The notes under the pieces were generated by a model. That model was not told where the DNA came from and ran no database searches. It saw only the letters and a program-made list of their open reading frames with translations. A DNA stretch of 64,000 nucleotides from Dictyostelium discoideum (Eukaryota): NCBI GenBank assembly GCA_000004695.1, contig CM000154.2:1824001-1888000 (forward strand), written 5' to 3'. Every line of letters starts with the position of its first letter. Position 1 is the stretch's first letter. The position numbers and the translations under genes are program-made. This document shows, piece after piece, positions 48,744-64,000 of this stretch.

Positions 48744-49130
48744 TACCTCTGCAATTCTTTTAATATTATCAGAAGTTGGTAAAACAAAATAAATTGCAGG
48801 AACATCTTGAATTGGTTGTCTATCAGAATGGAGTGGTAAATATAATGTTACACCTTGATTACGTAATGCACCTTTAGTTAATATTGGTGCTATAATATTT
48901 GAACAATGGGTATCGAAAATTAAAACTTTCCAAACTTCTTGCCAACCACTTATAGCTTTATTATTATTATTATTATTATTTGATGATGATGATTCAGATT
49001 TCAATGATAACATTTTATTAATACTTTCAATTTGTTTGGTTTTAATTGAAAAGTTATTTGAAAATTGATCAAATCCAAATCCACCACTTCCCATCATACC
49101 TGATGAAGATAATGATGAATTTTGATTCAT
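46694..49130 (-). CDS. Sec1/Munc18 family protein Sly1 (SCFD1). Exons 49130-48747, 48580-47817, 47754-47362, 47270-46880, 46783-46694 (stop at 46696-46694; about 673 aa).
   Basis: N-terminal ...[62 protein letters not shown] matches Sly1 (KVLIYD...[27 protein letters not shown]). Introns use GTAAAT/GTAAAT/GTATAA/GTAATT donors, and all phases check. C-terminal exon [26 protein letters not shown]. Confidence 0.82.
48651..48744. repeat. (ATT)n microsatellite, about 31 units, filling sly1 intron 1
   Basis: Pure tattattatt run seen directly. Confidence 0.95.
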
Positions 49131-49239
49131 TTTTCTTTTTTTTTATTATATTATATTATTATTTGTTTATAATTTATTTTTATTATTTTTATTTTTATTA
49201 TTATTATTATTATTATTATTTATATGATTTATAAAAGAG

Positions 49240-49274
<35 letters not shown>

Positions 49275-49337
49275 ACCTTTTTTTTTTTTTATATTTTCAA
49301 AATTAAAATAAAAAAAATAAAAAAAATTTTATTTTGG

Positions 49338-49368
<31 letters not shown>

Positions 49369-49608
49369 CTAGGCGCGTGAATAAATTATACACGTGTTCA
49401 AAAACACATACTAAAACAAATAATAAAAAAAAAAAAAAAAAAATAATTAACAAATAATAAAAAAAAAAAAAAAAAAAATGAAAATATTCAACAAACACAC
49501 ACATTGAAAAAATATATATATAAAGTAATTTTTTTATTATTTTTTTTTTTTTACATTTAATTCTTATACAGGAAAAAAAAAAAAAAATTGGAAAATAAAA
49601 AAAAAAAA

Positions 49609-51087
49609 ATGAATAATAATATTGAACAAAAATGGGATAAAGTTTTAGAAGATATAGTTGATTATGTGATTGGATTTGATGTTGAAGGTAATTCAAAAGA
49701 AGCAATGGAAACAGCATTTTTAGCATTATTCGATACAATTGGTTGTGGATTTTTAGGATTGAAATCTACTGGTTGTACGAAATTAATGGGACCAACAATT
49801 CCAGATACTAGAATTCCAGGTGGATGTAGAGTACCAGGTACAGATTACCAATTGAATCCAATTGAAGCTGCATTCAATATCGGTTGTATGAATAGGTGGC
49901 TGGATTTCAACGATTGCTGGTTGGCAAACGAATGGGGACATCCGAGCGATAACATTTCTGCAATTATAGCAGCTGCAGAGTACATAAGTAATGATAATAT
50001 CAGTAAAAGTAAGAAACCATTATTAATGAAGGATATACTATGTGCAATGGTGAAATGCTATGAAATCCAAGGTGTGTTGGCATTGGATAATAGTTTCAAC
50101 AAGATAGGACTCGACCATGTTATATTGGTTAAAATTGCAAGTACCGCCGTTACATGTCATTTATTGGGTGGTTCGAGAATACAAATATTGAATGCACTTA
50201 GTAATGCATTTATCGATGGCCATCCATTGAGAACGTATCGTCATTCCCCCAACACGGGCTCAAGAAAAGGCTGGGCAGCCGGTGACGCCGCCTCAAGGGC
50301 TGTCCAATTATCACTAATGGCAATGGCTGGCGAGATGGGTTATCCCACCTGTTTAAGCGCACCTAAGTGGGGATTCTACCATGTGTACATGTCAGACAAG
50401 CCATTCCAATTCAACCAACGATCAAACTACTCAACCTACGTCATGGAGAATATTCTATTCAAAGTTTTATACCCAGCTGAATTTCATGGCCAAACAGCAA
50501 TTGAATGTGCAATTCAATTACATCCAATATTTCAAGATAAAGGTGGCCTAAATTCAGTTGAATCCATTACAATTGAAACTACTGAACCTGCAATAAGAAT
50601 AATCGACAAACGTGGCATACTTCGTAACCCATCGGACAGGGACCACTGTCTACAATTTATTGTATCGGTTGCTTTGATATTTGGTGAATTGAAATCATCA
50701 CATTACGAAGACCAAGTAGCCATCAAAGACACCAGAATCGATCTACTTCGTGAAAAGATAACATGTATTGAAAACCTTCAATTCTCATTAGACTATTTAA
50801 ATCCTGATAAAAGAAGTATTGCAAATTCAATAACAATTCTATTTAAAGATGGTGAAACTCATAAACATCAAATTGATTATCCAATTGGTCATCGTAACCG
50901 TCGTTCTGAAGCCATACCATTACTTCAACAAAAATTTTTAAATTCTTTAAATTCAACTCTTTTCACATCTTCTTCAATCGATCAAATTAAAAACCTTTAT
51001 GAAAATCCTTCAAAATTTAATAATCTTTCAATTTTAGATTTTATGTCAATATTTTCTTTATCAATTGCTTCAACACCAATTTCTTAA
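49609..51087 (+). CDS. prpD: MmgE/PrpD family protein (2-methylcitrate dehydratase-like), single exon
   Basis: ...[27 protein letters not shown]...[39 protein letters not shown]...; family-typical length. The track ORF start at 49588 is a non-ATG start; the first ATG is about 7 codons downstream (about 49609). Confidence 0.8.
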
Positions 51088-51123
51088 AAATTAATAAAAT
51101 AAATAAATAAATAAATAAATTAA

Positions 51124-51162
<39 letters not shown>

Positions 51163-51434
51163 ACTATTATTGTTTTTAAACACTTTTTTTATTTATTTTA
51201 GATGGAATTACTTTTTCTTTTTTATAGGTATTGTTTTTTTTTTTTTTTTTTTTATTTAATCAAATTATCTATTTTTCAATCAATTTGAATTGATGGATCA
51301 ATGAAAGTATTTGAAGAGAAATGTTAAATCCTTAAAATTATTTAAATTTTTTGTTGAGTTTCTAAATTGTTGAAACTATTATTAATAAACTTGCTATAAT
51401 ATCATCCAGGCCCAACAATTTTTAGACAAAACAT

Positions 51435-51659
51435 ATGGTAAATAATGAATTTCAAATTTATTTGAATAATTATAATAGTAAATGGCGTTGGCAATGCAAT
51501 CATCATTATCTCAGAGATTTCATTTCTAACGCTATTTACAAATTAAATTATTCAAGTAAATATAAAGTTCATTATCTACCATTTGGTTTGTATAAAAATC
51601 ATTTGGGCAAAGATGATAGAATATCCAAGTTTATCAATAATGGTTTCAACGTTTTATAA
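51435..51659 (+). pseudogene. Gene-fragment ORF X (74 aa, ...RWQCNHHYLRDFISNAIYKLN...KVHYLPF...FINNGFNVL), one member of an inverted pair
   Basis: About 80% nucleotide identity to the reverse complement of 52380-52536. No flanking exons and no start context. Confidence 0.4.
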
Positions 51660-52269
51660 ACTCATCAAAAAACTAATTAAAAAAAATAAAAGTTTAATGG
51701 TTGTCAATAGTTGTTTTTTTTAATTTTTTTTATAATTTTTAAAGTTTTAAAGTTTTACCTTTTATTACATTCTGTGCAATTGTTTACCACATTTATTGGG
51801 AATTGGAATTTATAATGTAATAGATCTATACAATTGTTAAAATGATTAATTAAACTTGGATTGATAGTTGTACCAATTTTTTAAATTTACCATAAAATCC
51901 AAATGCTCTTTTGTTTGTTTTATTCATTAATTGTAATTTTTTTTTTTTTTTTATTATTGTTTTTTATTTTTAACCAAAATAATTTACTATTTGTTGAAAT
52001 ATAAATATAATTTTTTGTTTGTGTAAATAACTGAATAAAAAAAAAAAAAAATTTTATGTAAAAAAAAAAAAAAATTTTATATATATATGTAAAAAAAAAA
52101 AAAAAAAAAAAAAATAATGTTTGGGAAAAAAGAAAATAAAAAAATTAAAAAAAATTAAAAAGTTAATTATAATAAACAATAAAAAATAATAATAATAAAA
52201 ATTAAAAAGTTTTATTGTAAAGTTGGGACAAAATTCTAATTGCACAGAATGTAATGAAAAGGTATAATT

Positions 52270-52536
52270 TTAAAACTTTATATATAATAAAAAAAAAAAA
52301 ATTAAAAAAACTACAACTATTGATAACCATTTAACTTTTATTTTTATTAATTTATTTTTTGATGAATTTTGACTATTATCACCACCAACGCCTATAGAAT
52401 TTTTTGGCAAGTCAAATGGTAAATAATGTACTTTAAACTTACTTGAATTACTTAAATCGAAAATTGCGTTTGAAATGAAATCTCTGAAATAATGATGATT
52501 GCATTGCCAACGCAATTTCCGATTTAAGTAATTCAT
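52270..52536 (-). pseudogene. Inverted, diverged copy of fragment X
   Basis: Encodes ...RWQCNHHYFRDFISNAIFDLSNSSKFKVHYLPF... on the minus strand. Confidence 0.4.
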
Positions 52537-52551
52537 TATTTATCATATACT

Positions 52552-52797
52552 TTGCCTAAAAAATCTTTTGGCGTTGGTGATATAATAGCCAAGTTTATCA
52601 ATAATGGTTTCAACAATTTGGAAACTCAACAAAAATATTTAAATTATTTAAAGGATTTAAAATTTTTCTTCAAATACCTACATTTCATTGATCAAATTAA
52701 AAATCTTTATAAAAATCCTTCAAAATTTAATAATCTTTCAATTTTTGATTTCATGTCAATATTTTCTTTATCAATTGCTTCAACACCAATTTCTTAA
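52552..52797 (+). pseudogene. Chimeric fragment: tail of X ([11 protein letters not shown]) fused to a duplicate of the prpD 3' end (last about 33 codons plus 3' UTR)
   Basis: 52690-52860 matches 50981-51180: [36 protein letters not shown] followed by the same (AAAT)n-rich 3' UTR and ctattattgtttttaaa. Confidence 0.55.
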
Positions 52798-52926
52798 AAA
52801 ATAATAAATAAAATAAATAAAATATAAATAAATAAATAAACTATTATTGTTTTTAAAAACTTTTATTTATTTAATTTCATTTAATTTCATTTTTATTTTT
52901 TATTTTTTATTTTTTATTTTTTATTT

Positions 52927-53515
52927 TTAATAAAAGATTGTAAGAGTTCTATGATGTGGTGGTAATTTATCTAACATAGCTTCACCTCTACCCCATAACA
53001 TCCAATCAATTTCCAATGCTAAAAGTTCACAATGACCTTTATTAAAGTAATCTCTCATCTTTTCAACGACATGAACTGTTACAGCTCTAATTTCAAGTTC
53101 CATTTCTGAACCAACTGGAATTTCAACTTTATTTTTAATCATTTCTTTTAATTCTGGTGAATACTCAATAACTTTTAATTCTTCTAAAATTTGTGGTACT
53201 CCTATACATTTTTAAAAAAAAAAAAAAAAAAAAAAAGAGAAATTATTATTAATACATATACATACATATATAAATTAATTTTTAAAAATAATACATACTG
53301 TAATCAGCAAACATTGTTAATTGTTTGATATCATCAAATTTACCTAAACCTCTACCTTGATATGCACCCCATAAATCACCAACGAAAATTTGAGCTCTTT
53401 TATAAAAAAATACTTGTTTACCTTTATAAATTGCACTATCTCTAAATCCCCAAAAGTATTTTGTTACCAACTATATAAACATAAAATATAAAATATAAAT
53501 GTAAATATTATATTA

Positions 53516-53582
<67 letters not shown>

Positions 53583-54113
53583 AAAATACATTACATCAAC
53601 TAAAACTGAAGCTTTATTATTTGCAGATAAAATCATTTCTTTAATGCTACCATTAAAATATTCAATTAAAACAGTACCAACTTCTCTAATTAATCTAACA
53701 CGTTCTGAAGTATTTGGTAAATCTTTACCAAACCATTGATGAATAGTTTCACTTGTAACTTTAATTAATTGATCAGCATCAAAACATTTTGGATTTGCAA
53801 TTAATGCATTCTTTAAACCTCTTGCTAAATGATGATATTCAAATTCTGAGTCTGGCCAAAAACAAAAGTTTAATGTATCCAATACTAAAATATATTTTGC
53901 AGTTAATTCTGTAAATGTTGATTCTTTATTTTCAATATCAATATCACAATAGTGGAACCAATTATCTGCCCAAATTTCTTTATGTGCTTTAATTTTATGT
54001 TTATTTAAAAAATCCTCACATTCTTTATCTAATGCTTCGTTATTAATTTTAACATGCTTTGATAATCCTGATACCCAAGCTGTTGTTTCACGTACTAATG
54101 TTAATGGATTCAT
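52927..54113 (-). CDS. Conserved protein of about 321 aa (possibly QNG1/C9orf64/DUF2419 queuosine-salvage family, a tentative family call). Exons 54113-53595, 53470-53299, 53201-52927.
   Basis: Three exons: a GTAATG donor after ...SVLVD; acceptor tatatag then LVTKYFWGFRDSAIYKGKQVFFYKRAQIFVGDLWGAY...FADY + A; GTATGT donor; acceptor tgtatag then RVPQILEELKVIEYSPELKEMIKNKVEIPVGSEMELEIRA... Intron 1 contains a T56 homopolymer. The family assignment is from memory and could not be verified. Confidence 0.55.
53523..53578. repeat. Poly(T) homopolymer of 56 nt, in an intron
   Basis: Seen directly. Confidence 0.95.
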
Positions 54114-54439
54114 TATTAATATTAATATTAATTTGTTTGTTTATTTATTTGTTTATTTATTTGTTTATTTATTTATTTTTTGAAAATATAAAATATATTA
54201 AAAGGGGTGTTGGGAAAATAAAAATAAAAATAAAAATAAAAAAAAAAAAAAAAAAAATTAAACGATGTTCAAAATTACAGGTTCGCGTGTTTTTTGAAAA
54301 TTAAAAAAAAAAAAAAAAATTTATTTATTTTTCTTAACCCTAAAAATAGAATCTATTAATAAATTTTTTATTTTTTCTTTTTTTTTTTTTCCTATGACAA
54401 TAAATAATAATAATAATACATAACAAATGGTATATTTTT

Positions 54440-54473
<34 letters not shown>

Positions 54474-55263
54474 AAAACCACTACTGCAAGTATAATTATA
54501 CTTTTTTTATTTGGGAAGATATCAAAGAAATGATGAAGATGCATTAAAGGTTAAAGACAATATGCCATATAATTTGCAACAATGGTACAACAAGCCAACC
54601 AACTGGTGCTGCAAAAAGAAAAGGGTCTTTTCTCTTTTGAAGATGCAGAATTATTTTTGAAAAATATCCCACAGTACTCTCAAATATTTTCTTTATTATT
54701 TATTTGAGGGCACTATAGGATAGTTTTGAGTATTCGGCATCTTCAACAGGTCAAAGACGCATGCATGTATTTCACTTGATAAAATACAATTAACCAACTA
54801 ATTAGCTATGGTATAGTTGTATCTCACATTTACAAAATGATACCATTGTGGGGAGAACCTTCTTTTTTTTTTTTTTTTTTTTTTAATGGAACGTCATTTC
54901 AATGATGCTCAATAACATTTATGCCCTTTATGTAAATACAAAACCAAATACACATATCGAGTTTAGTGATTTTTTAAATACCCTCCAATCGAGGTGAACA
55001 ACTTCATATAAATGTATTATTAAAAAAAAAAAAAAAACATTATATTTTTTAATGTGAATAAATTTATATCTTTATTGAATTAAAACCTTAATCTATTTAA
55101 ATTATCATTCTTGATAACATTTCAAAATAAAAAAAATTAAAAAAAATTAAAAGTCCACAATGAAATGATTAACTTTAGTTTACAGAACAAAGAGCTTAGA
55201 ATTGTCTTTTTTTTTTTTTTTTTTTTTTAATGGTAATGAAAAAAAGAATTTGGAGAGTTTATT

Positions 55264-58869
<3,606 letters not shown>

Positions 58870-59325
58870 TTGTTTATTTATTTTTTAAAAAAAAAAATAA
58901 AATAACTTTATGTGTGAACATCTTTTATTTAATTTTAACTAAATTTTTTAATTTTTAATTTATTTTATAATAATTATAATTATTTATTTATTTTTTATTT
59001 AATTCCAAATTAATTAATTTAATATTAATATTGAAAAAAAAAAAAAAAAAAAAAAAATAATAAAATTGCCATTATTGTCTTTTTTTTTTTTTTTTTTATT
59101 TTTGTTTTTTTTTGGTTTAAATTTTATTAAATTTATAACCTTATTTATACTTGTATTATTGTTAAATTAAATTACCAAAATAATTCATAATTTATTTAAT
59201 TTTAATTAATTGGGAATAAATATCTTTATCTAGATAGGTTGGCTGATTAAAAATGGAAAAAAAAGAAAAAATAATTTAAAAAAAAAAAAAAAAAAAATAT
59301 ATTTTTTGATTTTTTTTTTTTTTTT

Positions 59326-59361
<36 letters not shown>

Positions 59362-59550
59362 TTTTTATATTTACATTATACAATTCCATACAGCGAAACT
59401 CACCACACAATACTGAGGGTGATAAAAAAAATAATAAAAAATCAAAAACTATACGCGCGCATATAATAAAACTAAATATATAGTATATAATATTCTATAT
59501 CTTAAAAAAAAATATAAATAAAAAATAATAAAAATAAATAAAAATAAATA

Positions 59551-59766
59551 ATGACAAATTGTAATAGAAGTAATGCTGCTATAGCACCAAAATTAATGAA
59601 ACAAGTTCAAGTCAAATTAAAAGAAGTACAACAATTATTCCCAATAACTACAAACTCTTTAATCATTGATAAAAATGGGGAAATAATGTATTGTATCATT
59701 TAAAATGTTATGTTATTTTAGTAAACTTATCTTTGTATATACAAAACTAATATATTTATATATATA

Positions 59767-59803
<37 letters not shown>

Positions 59804-60195
59804 TAGTGTCGAAACATCACAAAACAATTTAGGACAAAAAGAACTTTCAAATACAATTCATCAATTAAAAACTTATGCAATTTCATTTGTTTCAACATTA
59901 CAAGAAAAAGATGATTGCTCTCATATTCATATTAGAGGAGAAAAAAATATGTTTTCATTTTATATAGTTAGAGACTCTGTAAGTAAATATAGAGAAGAAC
60001 CATTATTCAATTTAGTTGTTTGATTCATTTATTTATTTTCAATCCTATATATTTAAAACTATAATTTAGATTTTAGCATTTTTCACTCAAATGGATTTTG
60101 AAGCTGGTAAAAAGTTCAATTTTCAACAAGCAGATGATAAAGTAAAATTAATTTGTCAAGATCTTCTCCATTTACTCGCAAATACAAAGATTTAA
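59551..60195 (+). CDS. Roadblock/LC7-domain protein (dynein light chain roadblock or LAMTOR-like), about 144 aa. Exons 59551-59687, 59807-59978, 60070-60195.
   Basis: Spliced product ...LKEVQQLFPITTNSLIIDKNGEIIVETSQNN...CSHIHIRGEKNMFSFYIVRDSILAFFTQ... aligns with DYNLRB (GVQGIIVVNTEGIPIKST...[27 protein letters not shown]). Donors GTATTG and GTAAGT; acceptors acttag and aatttag. Carries an extra C-terminal 35 aa. Confidence 0.6.
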
Positions 60196-60205
60196 ATAAT
60201 ATTTT

Positions 60206-60250
<45 letters not shown>

Positions 60251-61784
60251 AAAATCAAAAAAAAAACACTATCCAACAACTAATCAACAATTAAATAATC
60301 AATAATCAAATAACAAATATTTGTACTTAATATTGTATATATATTATATCATTGTACCATATATATAAACTTTTTATTATTTTATTTTTTTTTTTTATAT
60401 AAACACTTTTTTTTATTTTTTTATTTATTATCTTAAAATATAAAATAAAATTTATTGATATGTTTTAATTTATTTTTATATTTTTTTTATATTTTATTTT
60501 CACCCCATAACATCACACACAAGCGAGATCAACAAAACTTTTTTTTTTATTTTTTTTTTTTTTTAATTTTTTATTTTTTTTTTTTGTAAATTGTGATCAA
60601 CTTTTACAAATAAATTAAAATTAATTTAAAAAAAAAAAAAAATATAAATAAAAATAGAAAATAAAAAAAATATTTGGAAATAATTTATTATTAAAATACC
60701 ATTTACAATAAAACTAAAATCATTAGTGTAAAGTAAAATATTATTTTCATTTTTTATTTGTTTAAAATCTCTTTTTTTTTTATTTTATTTTATTTATTTT
60801 TTTTATTCTTTTTTTTTTTTTTTTTTTTTTTTATTTTTTTTTATTTTATTTTATTTATTTTTTTTATTCTTTTTTTTTTCCTCTACACTTTAATTTTTTT
60901 TATCTTTACAATTTATTTTTTTTTTTTTTTTTTATAATTTTTATTTTTTCATTTTTATTTTTTTTTTTTTCTATATTTTTTTTTTTTTTTTTTTGAATTT
61001 TATGTTATATTTTTATTGCCATAATCACACACTAACACATTGTTGTATGTTGTATGTATATCATAAAGATAGTTTAATTTAACCACACACAACATTTTTT
61101 TTCAAATTTATTATTAATTTTTTAATTTTTTATTTTTGTTTTTTTTTTTTTTTTTTATAAAATTTTTTTTATTTTTTATTTTTTTTTTTTTTATAATTTT
61201 TTTGTTTTTTTATTTCTTTTTCACTCTTTATAATAATAATTAAAAAAAAAAAAAAAAAAAAATTATTTCGCACACATAAAAAATACATATTTATAAAATT
61301 GGTAATATATTAAAGAAATTTTGATTTGTTTATAATCATATTTTCTATTAAAATTTTAACTATAATAAAATATCCATATTAAAAACATTTTTTACCTTTT
61401 TTTTTTACCTTTTTTTTTTTTTTATTTTTTTTTTTGGATTTTTTTTTTTTTTATCTTTAATATTATTATTTTTTTTTTTTTTTTTTTTTTTTTTTATTAC
61501 TCACTCGATCATTAATTAATTTAACATATTAAAATTTAATTACTAATTTTAAAATTTTTACTTTTTTTTTTATTTTATTTTTTTTTTTTTTTTAAGAAAT
61601 ACAAATACTCTTAATTGTACATAAAGAAGAAGAAAAAAAAAAAAAGGGTTGTTGTATAATAGTAGTAATAATAAATAAAATAAAATAAAACAAAATAAAA
61701 CAAAATAAAATAAAATAAAATAAAATAAAATAAAATAAAATCAAATATATATATTAAAAAAAGAAAAAAAAAAAAAGAAGAAAA

Positions 61785-62197
61785 ATGGAGAAATATTCAA
61801 AAATTGAAAAATTAGGAGAAGGTACATATGGTATTGTATATAAAGCAAAGAATCGTGAAACAGGTGAAATTGTAGCTTTAAAAAGAATAAGATTAGACTC
61901 TGAAGATGAAGGTGTACCATGTACAGCAATTAGAGAGATTTCTTTATTAAAAGAGTTAAAACATCCAAATATTGTTAGATTACATGATGTAATTCATACA
62001 GAAAGAAAACTTACATTGGTATTTGAATATCTAGATCAAGATTTAAAGAAATATTTAGATGAATGTGGTGGTGAAATTTCAAAACCAACAATTAAATCAT
62101 TTATGTATCAATTATTAAAAGGTGTTGCATTTTGTCATGATCATAGAGTTTTACATAGAGATTTAAAACCACAAAATCTTTTAATTAATAGAGTATG

Positions 62198-62233
<36 letters not shown>

Positions 62234-62770
62234 CTTCAATATAAATGTAAATATATAAATATTAATTTTTTTTTTTTTATTTTTTTTCTTTAAAAAAAGA
62301 AAGGTGAATTAAAATTAGCGGATTTTGGTTTAGCAAGAGCATTTGGTATACCAGTTAGAACATATTCACATGAAGTAGTAACATTATGGTATAGAGCACC
62401 AGATGTGTTGATGGGATCAAGAAAGTATTCAACTCCAATTGATATCTGGTCAGCAGGTTGTATTTTTGCAGAGATGGCATCAGGTAGACCATTATTCCCT
62501 GGTTCAGGAACAAGTGATCAATTGTTTAGAATATTTAAGATATTGGGAACTCCAAATGAAGAGAGTTGGCCATCAATTACTGAATTACCAGAATATAAAA
62601 CTGATTTCCCTGTACATCCTGCTCATCAATTATCATCAATCGTACATGGTCTCGATGAAAAAGGTTTAAATTTACTTTCAAAAATGTTACAATATGATCC
62701 AAATCAAAGAATTACTGCTGCTGCTGCTTTAAAACATCCTTATTTCGATGGTTTAGAACCTATTAATTAA
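61785..62770 (+). CDS. cdk5: Cyclin-dependent kinase 5 (292 aa). Exons 61785-62192 and 62300-62770.
   Basis: [26 protein letters not shown] and [13 protein letters not shown] + GTATGT donor. Acceptor aaaaaaag then [40 protein letters not shown]..., near-identical to CDK5 over the activation segment. The length matches Dictyostelium Cdk5. Confidence 0.92.
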
Positions 62771-62775
62771 ATTAA

Positions 62776-62823
<48 letters not shown>

Positions 62824-63041
62824 AACCAAAAAAAAAAAAAAATAATATATATTTATCTCTTTTTTTTATTTTTATTATTTTAATTTTAATTCTATTTTTT
62901 TTATTTTTTTTATTTCAAATTTTAATTTTTTAAAAAAAAAATAATAAACAACACTATATAGCTTTATATATATTCTATTCTAATAATTATCTACTTTTTT
63001 TTTTTTTTGTTTTTTTTGTTTTTTTGTTTTTTTTTTTTATT

Positions 63042-64000
63042 TTAAAATTTATTATTTATTATAATTTTACCATTTGAATTTGAATTTTCAAAACAAGTAT
63101 AAGCATCTTTAATTTGATTTAAATTAAATTGTTTATCAATATTTGGAATTAAAATATTATTTTCATAAAGTTTTGAAATTTGTTTTAAAGTTGAACCAGA
63201 TGGTGAAAAGATTGCATAATCTAAATGAACATTTTTTGAATATTGTTTTTTAATTCTTTCAGAAGAGTTTAATTGATTCATCATACCCATTGGTAAACCA
63301 GATAAAACACCATCTTTATCACTAAATTTAACTAATGGACCATTGAAACCAATTAAATTACCACCATCTTTTAAAGCATCAATACATTTCTTTTCATTTT
63401 CATTTTGATTTTTACCACCATCATAACAATTGAAAATTAAATCAAATTTATTATTATCATTATCATTAATTTTCAAATTATTATAATCTATAGTTTCATT
63501 TACTAGAGTTAATTTTTTTAATTTTTCAAAATGTTTTATATTACAGGTTGTTGAAACTTGATTTACATTTAAATGTTTCTTTAATAATTGTAGGATGAAG
63601 AAACCAACACTACCATTACCACCATTGACTAGGATTTTAGTATTGGTTGTAATCTTTTTATTTGTTGGTAAAACATTGTAAATTGCATTCCATGCTGTTA
63701 GAGATGCAAATGGAATTGATGCAGATTGTTGGTGTGTTAAGTTCTTTGGTTTTAATGATATTTCACTCTCGTCAACTGTAATGTATTCACAATGTGATCC
63801 CATTGAAAATGGTGGTGATGCACTCCAAACTTGATCACCAATTTCGTAATCCCAAACACTGTCACCGATTTCTACGATTTCACCACTACATTCTCTACCT
63901 AAAATAATTGGTAATTTTAATTTCAAATCTACAATACTTGATGCATATCCTTTTCTCATTACATTATCTAATGGATTAATTGATGTTGAATGTATCTTTA
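63042..64000 (-). CDS. Zinc-type ADH / quinone oxidoreductase (MDR superfamily, RTN4IP1-like), partial; the 5' end lies beyond the window
   Basis: ...GRECSGEIVEIGDSV...ILVNGGNGSVGFFILQLLK (Rossmann GxGxxG) and ...IINNKF*. The reading frame continues open through nt 64000. Confidence 0.7.
   Translation of the reverse strand, partial: KIHSTSINPLDNVMRKGYASSIVDLKLKLPIILGRECSGEIVEIGDSVWDYEIGDQVWSASPPFSMGSHCEYITVDESEISLKPKNLTHQQSASIPFASLTAWNAIYNVLPTNKKITTNTKILVNGGNGSVGFFILQLLKKHLNVNQVSTTCNIKHFEKLKKLTLVNETIDYNNLKINDNDNNKFDLIFNCYDGGKNQNENEKKCIDALKDGGNLIGFNGPLVKFSDKDGVLSGLPMGMMNQLNSSERIKKQYSKNVHLDYAIFSPSGSTLKQISKLYENNILIPNIDKQFNLNQIKDAYTCFENSNSNGKIIINNKF

Overview
This window is Dictyostelium discoideum-type nuclear DNA: about 78% A+T, homopolymer- and microsatellite-rich intergenic DNA, short introns with GTAAGT/GTATGT donors and AG acceptors, and poly-Q/poly-N coding tracts. 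It is gene-dense. I reconstructed about 27 protein-coding genes, most with one to four short introns; exon coordinates were worked out by hand from the six-frame track and splice signals. Recognisable products: a short-tailed class I myosin, a RagA GTPase, a BUD13 homologue with DLSPPR repeats, a bZIP transcription factor, an FCP1-type CTD phosphatase with FCPH and BRCT domains plus an unusual N-terminal RS domain, glutamate decarboxylase, a choline-transporter-like (CTL/SLC44) protein, the SM protein Sly1/SCFD1, an MmgE/PrpD 2-methylcitrate dehydratase, a TMEM120/TMPIT protein, a roadblock/LC7 protein, Cdk5 (292 aa), and a partial MDR-type oxidoreductase. More unusual items: a Ubl-vWA-UBC(E2) fusion gene; a tandem pair of IPT/TIG (Tgr-like) cell-surface glycoprotein paralogues; a 1.33-kb tandem duplication carrying a novel two-exon membrane-protein gene; and rearranged gene fragments downstream of prpD. 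Two essentially identical U1 snRNA genes (one mismatch in 171 nt) lie in inverted, convergent orientation 23.5 kb apart, each with a conserved upstream block containing a DUSE-like motif. I found no tRNA, rRNA, CRISPR or clear transposon. Many 60-100-aa ORFs in the track are translations of poly-A/T or poly-Q/N DNA and are rejected. Several ORF starts in the track are TTG alternative starts rather than ATG.
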